Part shown: positions 27,804 through 35,517 of the stretch, one piece after another
Numbering within the stretch: position 1 is the first letter of the stretch
How the letters are laid out: each line of letters begins with the position of its first letter
DNA from: Gemmatimonadales bacterium
Lineage (GTDB): Bacteria > Gemmatimonadota > Gemmatimonadetes > Gemmatimonadales > GWC2-71-9
Direction: 5' to 3'
NCBI GenBank assembly: GCA_035635835.1
Contig: DASQAH010000258.1
Span: 1-52,621 of the forward strand
Length of the DNA: 52,621 bases
Notes under the pieces: model-generated
What the model was told of the DNA's origin: nothing
The model's input: only the letters and a program-made list of their open reading frames with translations
Database searches by the model: none
Made by a program: the position numbers and the translations under genes

Positions 27804-27809
27804 AATCTA
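27804..27809 (-). promoter_or_regulatory. -10-like TAGATT, 9 nt before ATG 27794
   Basis: Plus-strand aatcta. No SD in the gap. Confidence 0.4.
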
Positions 27810-27859
27810 ATGGCGCTCAACGGCTTGCGCTGATGCTTCCCGGTGTTTCCTGGCACCGC

Positions 27860-27865
27860 TAGCTT
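27860..27865 (+). promoter_or_regulatory. -10-like TAGCTT, 28 nt before ATG 27894 (leader contains SD GAGGAGG at 27878-84)
   Basis: Read directly in the TetR / saccharopine dehydrogenase divergent region. Confidence 0.35.
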
Positions 27866-27893
27866 TCCCGCCGCTCCGAGGAGGCTAGGCGCG

Positions 27894-29063
27894 ATGCGCA
27901 TGCTGGTGTTGGGTGCTGGACTGCAAGGATCCGCCTGCGCATACGATCTGCTGCGGCAGCCGAACGTGGACCGGGTCACCCTCGCCGATCTGAAGCCCGG
28001 CCGGGTGGCGCCCTTCGTAAAGCAGGCGGGCGGCGGGAGGGGCAGGGGAGGGGCGGGGGGGGAGACCGGCAAGCGGCTCGCGCTGGCGCGGCTCGACGTC
28101 AAGGACACGAGGCGCCTGCGCCTGCTCCTTGAGCGCCACGACGCGGTGCTGTGCGCCCTCCCCTACTACTTCAACCTGACAGTGACCAAGTCGGCAGTGG
28201 CCGCCGGGATTCATTGCGCCGATCTGGGCGGGAACACCGAGATCGTGCAACAGCAGAAGAAGCTCCACGCGGTCGCGACGCGGAAAGGCATTTCCGTGAT
28301 CCCGGACTGCGGCTTGGCGCCAGGCATGGTGAACATCATCGCGGCCGAAGGGATCCGTCGCGTGGGCCAGGCCGAGACGGTGAAGATCTTCGTCGGCGGC
28401 CTGCCGCAACACCCCGAGCCTCCCCTCAATTATCAGATCGTCTACTCGCTCGAAGGTGCCCTCGACTACTACACGACCCCGTCGTGGGTGCTGCGCGACG
28501 GCCAGCCGGCCCGCGTGGACGCGCTCTCGGAGGTCGAGACGGTGGAATTCCCAGCGCCCGTCGGCTCGTTGGAGGCGTTTCACACGGGGGGAGGCATCTC
28601 GACGATGCCGTGGGCGTACGCGGGCAAGGTGCGGACCATGGAGTACAAGACACTGCGCTACCGGGGGCATGTCGCGATCATGCGGGCGCTCCGGGACCTC
28701 GGCCTTCTGGATCTCAAGCCGATTGCAGTGCGGGGGGTGAAGGTGGCGCCGCGCGACGCGTTCATCGCCGCCGTCTCGCCGAAGCTCACCAAGCCGCAAG
28801 GCCGCGACTTGGTTGCCCTGCGTGTCGAGGTGACGGGCGCGAGCGGCCGGCGCGCCGCCTGGCAGCTGCTCGATTTTTATGATGAGCACCACGGCATCAG
28901 CGCGATGATGCGGGCCACGGGCTATTCGCTGGCGGTCACAGGAGTGATGCAGGTGGATGGGCGGATCACCGCGCACGGCGTGCACACACCGGACGAGGCG
29001 GTGCCGTTCCAGGCCTACGTGGACGAACTGGCGAAGCGGGGGATCGAGATCCGGGAGGTTTGA
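27894..29063 (+). CDS. saccharopine dehydrogenase family protein
   Basis: MRMLVLGAGLQGSACAYDLL Rossmann start with a strong SD. IPDCGLAPGMVNI. Carries a Gly/Arg-rich insertion QAGGGRGRGGAGGETG. Confidence 0.85.
   Translation: MRMLVLGAGLQGSACAYDLLRQPNVDRVTLADLKPGRVAPFVKQAGGGRGRGGAGGETGKRLALARLDVKDTRRLRLLLERHDAVLCALPYYFNLTVTKSAVAAGIHCADLGGNTEIVQQQKKLHAVATRKGISVIPDCGLAPGMVNIIAAEGIRRVGQAETVKIFVGGLPQHPEPPLNYQIVYSLEGALDYYTTPSWVLRDGQPARVDALSEVETVEFPAPVGSLEAFHTGGGISTMPWAYAGKVRTMEYKTLRYRGHVAIMRALRDLGLLDLKPIAVRGVKVAPRDAFIAAVSPKLTKPQGRDLVALRVEVTGASGRRAAWQLLDFYDEHHGISAMMRATGYSLAVTGVMQVDGRITAHGVHTPDEAVPFQAYVDELAKRGIEIREV
28028..28062. repeat. G-tract GGG..GGG-A-GGGG-CA-GGGG-A-GGGG-C-G8
   Basis: Read directly and verified codon by codon against the protein insertion. 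Confidence 0.9.
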
Positions 29064-29085
29064 GACATCAGCCGTCTGATGATGC

Positions 29086-30030
29086 CTAGTAGCTCCACGT
29101 GCTCCCGAACAACAACTGACTCCCTTCCGAGCCCTTCCCCCAGCCCAGGACGATCAGGGAGTTGCGCAGCAACCGCGCGGCCAGTTCGAGTCCGCCGGCC
29201 CTGTGCAGGCCGGTGGCGGCGATCTTGACCGGCTGGCCGACGCCGAACACGCGTCCCGCCTCGTAGAACCCCACCAGCTTCAGCTCGAGGATGCTCGGCG
29301 CCCACACGACCGCATAGCGCACTTCTCCGCCGCCAATCAGCTTGCCGGGGCCGGTGAAGCGGGCGTCGTAGTAGCCGCGTAGCGAGCGGTAGCCGCCGAC
29401 GGCGATGTAGGGCTGCTCGCTCGACTCCATGATCATCTGGGCGGCAACGGGTGGCGCACCGCTCATCCGCTCGCCGGCGAGCCGGGCCGCCAGGATCAGC
29501 CGCTCGGCCGGATGAACGTACAGCCGCGCCGCCGCCGTCGTCCGCCGATAGCCGGTACCATGGGCGTACAGCGCCTCGACGAGGATGCCGCGATGGGGGT
29601 CGATCTCGTTGTCGCGCAGGTCCACGACCACACCGGCTCTGACGATCTTGTCGGTGAAGGGAACGGTCCTCGAGTCCACTGCACCGCTCGCGCGGTCTCG
29701 GGCGAAGATCGTTTCGCCCGGGAGCTCGCGGAAATCCGTATGTGCGAGCTCAGCGCCGGCCAGCAGCCGCAGCGGGCCAACCAGCCGGCGCTGCAGGGTA
29801 GCGCGGGCCGTCTGGCTAGTGCGGCTCACCTTATAGAAGTACGGGCGCCCGGCGGTCTCACTGTCAGCCGAATAGACGGTCGCGTTGCCCAGACCGTAGT
29901 ACCCCAGTCTGTTGGACCGTGCGGCGCTGAGGGTGAGCCCCACGCGCCAGCCCTCCCACCAGGCCGGCGCCTGCGCGTCGGCGAGGAGGAGGTAGCTGCC
30001 TTTGGTGCTTGCTGAGACATCGAGCGTCAC
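29086..30030 (-). CDS. outer-membrane beta-barrel protein (surface antigen/Omp85-like barrel); true 5' end lies upstream
   Basis: C-terminal LLFGSTWSY barrel signature and alternating beta-strand pattern. The same frame stays open upstream and encodes a signal peptide (RRLLAATLLAVGVAAGAWPRPLAAQ) without an ATG/GTG/TTG. Confidence 0.7.
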   Translation of the reverse strand: MTLDVSASTKGSYLLLADAQAPAWWEGWRVGLTLSAARSNRLGYYGLGNATVYSADSETAGRPYFYKVSRTSQTARATLQRRLVGPLRLLAGAELAHTDFRELPGETIFARDRASGAVDSRTVPFTDKIVRAGVVVDLRDNEIDPHRGILVEALYAHGTGYRRTTAAARLYVHPAERLILAARLAGERMSGAPPVAAQMIMESSEQPYIAVGGYRSLRGYYDARFTGPGKLIGGGEVRYAVVWAPSILELKLVGFYEAGRVFGVGQPVKIAATGLHRAGGLELAARLLRNSLIVLGWGKGSEGSQLLFGSTWSY

Positions 30031-30238
30031 CGCTGCCAGGTTCGGCTCCGGCCGCTCGAGGTAGCCGATCGGGCTGTACTCACTGAAATGGGCGGCGCCC
30101 CAGAACCCGTCGATCGAGCTGTAGTAGACATACGGGTAGAGGGAATTCTTCCAGAAGCGCTGGGCGGCGAGCGGCCGCGGCCACGCCCCTGCGGCGACCC
30201 CGACGGCCAGCAGCGTCGCCGCCAGCAGCCGCCGCCCG

Positions 30239-31303
30239 TCAGTCGTTGGGGGCAGCCGTGTCGTAGAAATGCGCGGTGTCCTGGCGCCTCGCCTCGGTCC
30301 CGTCGTGGATCGCGAAGCGACTGGGATAGAGCGAGGCCGCGCCGTACTCGCCGCGCTTGTTGATGGCGTAGAAGTTGAGCTGGTAGCGCGGCTTGCCGTC
30401 GGCGGTGAGCAACCGCTTTTCAGTCATGGTGACCACCCGGCGCAGGGTCTCCAGGCAGGCGTCGGTCGGTTTCATGCCGCGCCGCATGTGCTCCACCGTC
30501 AGGAACCCGCCGCACACCATGATGGTCGACTCACCCCGACCAGTCGACCCGGCTGCTCCGGCATCGTTGTCGCAGTACTCCCCGGCCCCGACGATCGGGC
30601 TGTCTCCCACACGGCCGGGGATCTTCCAGGCGAGGCCGCTGGTCGTGGTCACGGACGAGAGGTCGCCCTGCGGCGTGACGGCGTTGCAGTTAATCGTGCC
30701 GGTGGGCGGGTGGACGACCACGGATAGGGTGTCCGGTACGTCCAGATAATTGTCATTGGGACTGAGATTCGCCCGCCAGTGGAGCCAGGCTTCGCGGGAC
30801 TCCGGGGTAAGCAGGTCTTCCTCCTTGAAGCCGTAGGAGAGGGCGAACTTCTTCGCCCCCTCGCCCACCAGAAAAATGTGGTTGGTGTACTTGAGGACCA
30901 GCTTGGCCACTTCGGAGGGCGTCTTGATCCCTTCGAGGCAACCGACCGCGCCGGCGCGCCGCGTGGGCCCGTGCATGCACGACGCATCGAGCTGGACCAC
31001 GCCCTCGGCGTTGGGCAATCCGCCATAGCCAACCGAATTGTCGGTGGGGTCGAGCTCTTGGATCTTCACGCCCTCGATCACCGCGTCCAACGTGTCGGCA
31101 CCCTGCATGATCATGTCGAACGCTTTTCGCACCGCCCGCAGCCCGTTGTTGCTCGAGATGACGACCGGTTTCGCGGCCCATCGGCTGGGAGGTGGCAGCG
31201 GCCGCGGAGGCCGAATGGCGTGCGGGATGTCCGCGGCGGCGCTCGCCGCTAGGCCGACAGCGGCAGACGCGACAAAGTCGCGACGGGACAGTGCGTCGGG
31301 CAC
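30239..31303 (-). CDS. isoaspartyl peptidase / L-asparaginase (Ntn hydrolase, glycosylasparaginase-like) with Tat signal
   Basis: GTG 31303 preceded by GAGGAG at 6-nt spacing. SRRDFVASAAVGLAASAAA twin-arginine signal. HPPTGTINCNAV (Thr nucleophile), GDSPIVGAG, GRGES. The upstream part of track ORF 30239..32230 is antisense to the GT2 gene. Confidence 0.85.
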   Translation of the reverse strand: MPDALSRRDFVASAAVGLAASAAADIPHAIRPPRPLPPPSRWAAKPVVISSNNGLRAVRKAFDMIMQGADTLDAVIEGVKIQELDPTDNSVGYGGLPNAEGVVQLDASCMHGPTRRAGAVGCLEGIKTPSEVAKLVLKYTNHIFLVGEGAKKFALSYGFKEEDLLTPESREAWLHWRANLSPNDNYLDVPDTLSVVVHPPTGTINCNAVTPQGDLSSVTTTSGLAWKIPGRVGDSPIVGAGEYCDNDAGAAGSTGRGESTIMVCGGFLTVEHMRRGMKPTDACLETLRRVVTMTEKRLLTADGKPRYQLNFYAINKRGEYGAASLYPSRFAIHDGTEARRQDTAHFYDTAAPND

Positions 31304-31364
31304 GGCAGGCTCCTCGGGGCGATGACGGTGCTTGGTTTTAGCCGCTCGGGCGACGGCTGTCAAC

Positions 31365-31393
31365 TTGCTCCGGTTCCAGCTCCGGCCTAGGTT
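31365..31393 (+). promoter_or_regulatory. candidate promoter TTGCTC-N17-TAGGTT, 6 nt before GTG 31400 (leaderless geometry)
   Basis: Read directly. Spacing is canonical for a sigma-70-type promoter. Confidence 0.5.
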
Positions 31394-31399
31394 CCGGCC

Positions 31400-32125
31400 G
31401 TGACCGCCACGGCTGTCGAACTCTCCCTCGTTGTCCCGGTGTACAACGAGCGGGAGAACCTGGCGCCCCTCGTCGCCGAGATCGCCGCCGCGCTGCCAAC
31501 GGTGGCCTACGAAATCGTCGCCGTGGACGACGGTTCGACCGACGGCTCGCTGGCGGAGCTCAAGGCGTTGAAGCGCGCCCACCCCGAGCTGCACATCGTG
31601 TCGTTCGCCGCCAACGCGGGGCAGACCGCCGCGTTCGCGGCGGGGTTCCGGGTGGCGCACGGCGCGGTCGTGGTGACCCTTGATGCCGACCTCCAAAACG
31701 ATCCGGCGGACATCCCGGCACTCGTCGCGGAGCTGCGGCGCAGCGGCGCGACCGCGGTCGCGGGCTACCGGGTGAACCGACAGGATACGTCCTGGAAGCG
31801 CGTGCAGAGCCGGATCGCCAACGGCATCCGCAACCGCCTGAACCGCGAAACGATCCGGGACACCGGCTGCTCGCTCAAGGCGTTCCGCGCCGAGGCGGTG
31901 CGCGACCTGCTCCAGTTCGGGGGGATGCACCGCTTCCTGCCGACGCTCATCAAGATGCGGGGCGGCAGCGTGGCCGAGGCGCCAGTGCGGCACCGGCCGC
32001 GGCGCTCCGGCACGAGCAAGTACGGGATGTGGAACCGCGCCGTTCGCGCGCTGCTCGATGCCTTTGCGGTGCGTTGGATGCAGCGCCGCGTCCTGCGCTA
32101 CACCGTCACTGAGGAGCTGCCGTGA
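31400..32125 (+). CDS. family-2 glycosyltransferase (polyprenyl-phosphate sugar transferase type, GtrB/ArnC/DPM1-like)
   Basis: LSLVVPVYNERENL, EIVAVDDGSTDGS, VTLDADLQNDP. Confidence 0.9.
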   Translation: MTATAVELSLVVPVYNERENLAPLVAEIAAALPTVAYEIVAVDDGSTDGSLAELKALKRAHPELHIVSFAANAGQTAAFAAGFRVAHGAVVVTLDADLQNDPADIPALVAELRRSGATAVAGYRVNRQDTSWKRVQSRIANGIRNRLNRETIRDTGCSLKAFRAEAVRDLLQFGGMHRFLPTLIKMRGGSVAEAPVRHRPRRSGTSKYGMWNRAVRALLDAFAVRWMQRRVLRYTVTEELP

Positions 32126-32466
32126 CCGACAGTCATGAGGAGTGGCTGCGTCAGATCGAAGCTGAGGTCGCAGGCACACTGCCGCTCGCCCAGCGTGCCG
32201 CGCTGGCGCGCCACGTCGCCACCTGCCCACGGTGCGCCAGCGCCCGGGTCAGCAGACTCGAGCTCGAAGCCTCGTTCGCGCGGGCCCATGGGGAGCCGCA
32301 CGCGCTGGTGGTGCGCCGCTCGGTGCTGCGCGGCCATACGGTGGTGCTCTGGGCGTCCCTGGCGCTGGGCATCGGCCTTCTAGGGGGCTGGCTGGCGCAC
32401 GCGCGCTGGGGCGGCCCCGGGCGGGGCACCCTGGAGAGCAGCCGTGCGACGATTCTGGTGCGCTAG
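32122..32466 (+). CDS. single-pass membrane protein with zf-HC2 anti-sigma-like N-terminus
   Basis: GTGA overlap with the GT2 stop. H-x3-C-x2-C (HVATCPRC). TM segment VVLWASLALGIGLLGGWL. Confidence 0.6.
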   Translation: MTDSHEEWLRQIEAEVAGTLPLAQRAALARHVATCPRCASARVSRLELEASFARAHGEPHALVVRRSVLRGHTVVLWASLALGIGLLGGWLAHARWGGPGRGTLESSRATILVR

Positions 32467-33379
32467 CGTCGTCTTCGGCGCGGTCGTCGCGTCCGTCGCG
32501 TCCGTCCCCGCCCGCGTCCTCCCGCCTCCCCCTCTCCCTCCCCCTCCCCAACAGCAGGGGCCGGGGGTGCGGATCACCTACCGGGTACAGCTGGTGGAAG
32601 GGAGTCGAGTGCTTGCCTCCGGCGAGGTGAGCGGACCGTCCGACACCCGCTTGCGCCTCGGCATCCGCACCGACGTCGTCCTCCTAGAGGCGCTCCTCAG
32701 CATTTCATCCGAGGGCGGAGTCGATTCCGTGAGCCTCTCGGGCGACTTCTTCAGCCGCCGCCTGATGGGCCGCTCGCGTCGCGGGCTGCCATTGTGGGAG
32801 GAAGACACCTACCAGCGGGCGGCGCGCCTCGCCTGGGGGGACACGGCGCGGATCCTTCCGTTCGGGGGAGGGGAGGGGGTGGGGGGGGTGGACGGCGTGC
32901 GCCTGGACCTGATCCCCATCCGTGCGGCGACCGGCGGGGAAACGCGTCCCACCGAGTCCGTGGAGCGCGGCGACTCAGGCGACGAGCTCACGCTCGAAGC
33001 CGTGGTGCGCCCCCGCCGGGTGGCGGTCACCCTGACCCTGGCGGGGGGGGGGGACGGCGCCACGAGCGTTCCGCGCAGTTACGACCTGGTTCCCGACGCG
33101 CCCAGTCACTCGGTGCTGTTGCACTCAGGCGAAACGACGCGCGCCTTGGTGATCGCCCTCGTGCGCCCCGAGCCGCCGCGGGCGGAGCGAGACCGCGCCC
33201 TCGCCCTGGACGCGGACATCGTCTGCCTGCGGGTGCTGCCGGCGGGAGGGGCAGGGAGCGGAGCGAGCGCGGAGCCGGCCCGGGAGCTGTGCGGGCGGCT
33301 CAACAACGTGGCCCGGCGACTGGTCCTCTCGGGCGGAGATACCCTGGTTGCCACGTTCGCCTGGCCCGGCGCTCGTTGA
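32444..33379 (+). CDS. hypothetical exported/anchored protein, no recognisable family
   Basis: 23-nt overlap with the upstream gene. N-terminal hydrophobic segment followed by PPPPLPPPPQQQ. High GC3. Contains a G4-type tract and a G11 run. Confidence 0.6.
   Translation: MRRFWCASVVFGAVVASVASVPARVLPPPPLPPPPQQQGPGVRITYRVQLVEGSRVLASGEVSGPSDTRLRLGIRTDVVLLEALLSISSEGGVDSVSLSGDFFSRRLMGRSRRGLPLWEEDTYQRAARLAWGDTARILPFGGGEGVGGVDGVRLDLIPIRAATGGETRPTESVERGDSGDELTLEAVVRPRRVAVTLTLAGGGDGATSVPRSYDLVPDAPSHSVLLHSGETTRALVIALVRPEPPRAERDRALALDADIVCLRVLPAGGAGSGASAEPARELCGRLNNVARRLVLSGGDTLVATFAWPGAR
32864..32888. repeat. G-tract G5-A-G4-A-G5-T-G8
   Basis: Read directly and verified against codons FGGGEGVGGV. Confidence 0.9.
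33043..33053. repeat. G11 homopolymer inside the CDS
   Basis: gcg ggg ggg ggg gac (A-G-G-G-D), verified codon by codon. Confidence 0.95.
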
Positions 33380-33384
33380 GCCGC

Positions 33385-33390
33385 GATATT
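33385..33390 (+). promoter_or_regulatory. -10-like GATATT, 8 nt before ATG 33399
   Basis: Read directly. Weaker match than the TAGNTT sites. Confidence 0.3.
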
Positions 33391-33398
33391 CCCGGCCG

Positions 33399-34457
33399 AT
33401 GCCCCGCAAGCGGCGCCTGGATCCGGCGATCTTCCATCTTCCGGTCGAGCGGATGCGGGAGGGCTATTACTCCGACAAGTATTTCGTCCGGGCCCGCGAG
33501 ACTCTGCTCAAGGACGGTCACCGCCCGCGGGTAACGATGCAGGTGTTCGCCAAGACGCACGCCTACCTCGGCGGCATCGACGAGGCGATCGCGATCCTCA
33601 AGCTCAGCGCGGAGCGCTGGGACGAGCTCGAAGTCGCGGCGTTGTACGACGGCGACGAAATCGCTCCCTGGGAGACGGTGCTGCTGATTGAAGGCCCGTA
33701 CGATGCCTTCGCCAACCTCGAGACGCTCTATCTGGGAGTGCTGGCCCGCCGGACCCGGGTGGGCACCAACACGCGGCGGGTCGTGGACGCGGCGCGGCCC
33801 AAGCAGGTGATGTTCTTCCCGGCGCGTCACGACCACTGGCTGGTGCAGACCGGCGACGGGTACGCCGCCCACATCGCCGGCGCCATCGGTGTGTCGACCG
33901 ATGCGCAGGCTTCCTGGTGGGGCTCCGAGGGGGTCGGGACCGTGCCGCACGCGCTTATCGCGGCGTACGGCGGAGACACGGTACTCGCCTCCCAGAAGTT
34001 CGCCGAGCACATGGACCCCGCCATTCGGCTTATCCCGCTGGTGGATTTCGACAACGACTGCGTCGGCACCTCGCTCCAGGTGGCCCGCGCCCTGGGCAAG
34101 CGGCTCTACGGCGTGCGGCTCGACACCTCCGAGACCCTGGTGGACAAGTCGGTCATTCCCGAGATGGGCACCTTCAAGCCGACCGGCGTGAACCCGCAGC
34201 TAGTCCGTAACGTGCGCGCGGCCCTGGACCAAGAAGGCTTTCAGCACGTTCGCATCGTCGTCTCAGGCGGGTTCACGGTGGACAAGATCCGCCAGTTCGA
34301 GGAGCAGGGCGTCCCCGTCGACATGTACGGCGTGGGCTCGAGCCTGTTCCAGGGGCGGTTCGACTTCACTGCCGACGTGGTGCGCCTGGAGGGCAAGCCG
34401 TGCGGCAAGGTGGGGCGGCGGTTCCGGCCGAACCCCCGGCTGGAGCGGGTGGACTAG
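33399..34457 (+). CDS. nicotinate phosphoribosyltransferase family protein
   Basis: YYSDKYFVRARETL, LGGIDEAIAILK, GVGTVPHALIAAYGG, VRLDTSE, IVVSGGF. Track start 33348 trimmed to ATG 33399. Confidence 0.8.
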   Translation: MPRKRRLDPAIFHLPVERMREGYYSDKYFVRARETLLKDGHRPRVTMQVFAKTHAYLGGIDEAIAILKLSAERWDELEVAALYDGDEIAPWETVLLIEGPYDAFANLETLYLGVLARRTRVGTNTRRVVDAARPKQVMFFPARHDHWLVQTGDGYAAHIAGAIGVSTDAQASWWGSEGVGTVPHALIAAYGGDTVLASQKFAEHMDPAIRLIPLVDFDNDCVGTSLQVARALGKRLYGVRLDTSETLVDKSVIPEMGTFKPTGVNPQLVRNVRAALDQEGFQHVRIVVSGGFTVDKIRQFEEQGVPVDMYGVGSSLFQGRFDFTADVVRLEGKPCGKVGRRFRPNPRLERVD

Positions 34458-34471
34458 GTCCGGCGGTGCCC

Positions 34472-34499
34472 TTGCGCCTCAGGGGGGTGTGTATAAATT
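34472..34499 (+). promoter_or_regulatory. candidate arg-operon promoter TTGCGC-N16-TAAATT (TATAAAT box 34492-98), 3-5 nt before GTG 34503
   Basis: AT-rich box in a GC-rich context directly abutting the argC start. Confidence 0.4.
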
Positions 34500-34502
34500 T
34501 CC

Positions 34503-35468
34503 GTGACGATGAATAATCATGCATCCATTCCCGTCGGCGTGCTCGGCGCTTCTGGGTACGTCGGCCAGGAGCTGCTGCGCCTCCTGGCCGGCCACCCCGG
34601 GGCCACAATCGCCTTCGCCACCGCCGAGTCGGCCGCCGGTGAGACCCTGGAAGGGTATCAGCTGATCAAAGCCGTCGACGCACCGCTGCGGAAAGCGGAG
34701 ATCGTACTCTCTTGTCTGCCCCATGGGGTCTCCAGCCGCTACGTGCACGAGGTGCGGGCGGCGGGCCGCCGGGCCGTCGACCTGTCCGCCGACTTCCGAC
34801 TGTCGGCCGAAGCGGTGTACGGGCTCACGGAAGTCGCCCGCCCCCGGGTGGCCGGTGCCGACCTCGTCGCCAACCCCGGCTGCTATCCAACTGCGGCGCT
34901 GCTCGCCCTGATCCCGCTCGCCCAACAGGGCTTGATCGACCAGGCACGGGAAGTCGTGATCGACGCGGCCTCAGGTGTGACCGGAGCGGGGCGGAGCCCC
35001 ACCCGGGAGCTGCTCTTTGGGGAAGTGGCCGAGGACTATCGGGCCTACGCCGCGGGCAACGAGCACCGCCACTTACCGGAGCTGCGGGCGACGCTGGCGC
35101 GGGAGAGCGGCTTCACAGGGGACGTCGTGTTCACACCGCATCTCCTCCCCGTGAAACGGGGGATCCTCGAGACGATCCACGTGCCACTCACCCGCATGCT
35201 CGACCGGGAGACGGCCGAAGGCATCTACGATGCGGTTTACAACGGCGAGCCCTGCGTGCGAGTGCTGCACGGCACACTGCCCTCGCTCAAGGATGTGGTC
35301 TACCGCAACCGGGTGGCCCTCGGCGTAGCGCCCGTGGCCAACGTGCGGCGACCCCGCCTCACCGTGATCGCCGCGATCGACAACCTCGTGAAAGGCGCGG
35401 CAGGCCAGGCCGTCCAGAACATGAACGTGATGCTCGGGCTGCAGGAAACAACAGGACTGGTGTGCTGA
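34503..35468 (+). CDS. argC: N-acetyl-gamma-glutamyl-phosphate reductase
   Basis: VGVLGASGYVGQELLRLL, ANPGCYPTAALLAL (active-site Cys). Start is GTG 34503 or ATG 34509. Confidence 0.92.
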   Translation: MTMNNHASIPVGVLGASGYVGQELLRLLAGHPGATIAFATAESAAGETLEGYQLIKAVDAPLRKAEIVLSCLPHGVSSRYVHEVRAAGRRAVDLSADFRLSAEAVYGLTEVARPRVAGADLVANPGCYPTAALLALIPLAQQGLIDQAREVVIDAASGVTGAGRSPTRELLFGEVAEDYRAYAAGNEHRHLPELRATLARESGFTGDVVFTPHLLPVKRGILETIHVPLTRMLDRETAEGIYDAVYNGEPCVRVLHGTLPSLKDVVYRNRVALGVAPVANVRRPRLTVIAAIDNLVKGAAGQAVQNMNVMLGLQETTGLVC

Positions 35469-35517
35469 GGCGTCGGACAGTCGGACGGCCGGACCGTCGG
35501 ACAGAGAGCGCTGGCTG

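Noticed and set aside
31304-32230. N-terminal 300 aa of the 663-aa track ORF 30239..32230
   Set aside because: The asparaginase homology, Tat signal, SD and GTG start all begin at 31303. The upstream part is antisense to the GT2 gene and Arg/His-rich. The same reasoning trimmed the track ORFs 1537..2232, 2027..3019, 22552.., 33348.., 39341.., 40669.., 42595.. and 49085...
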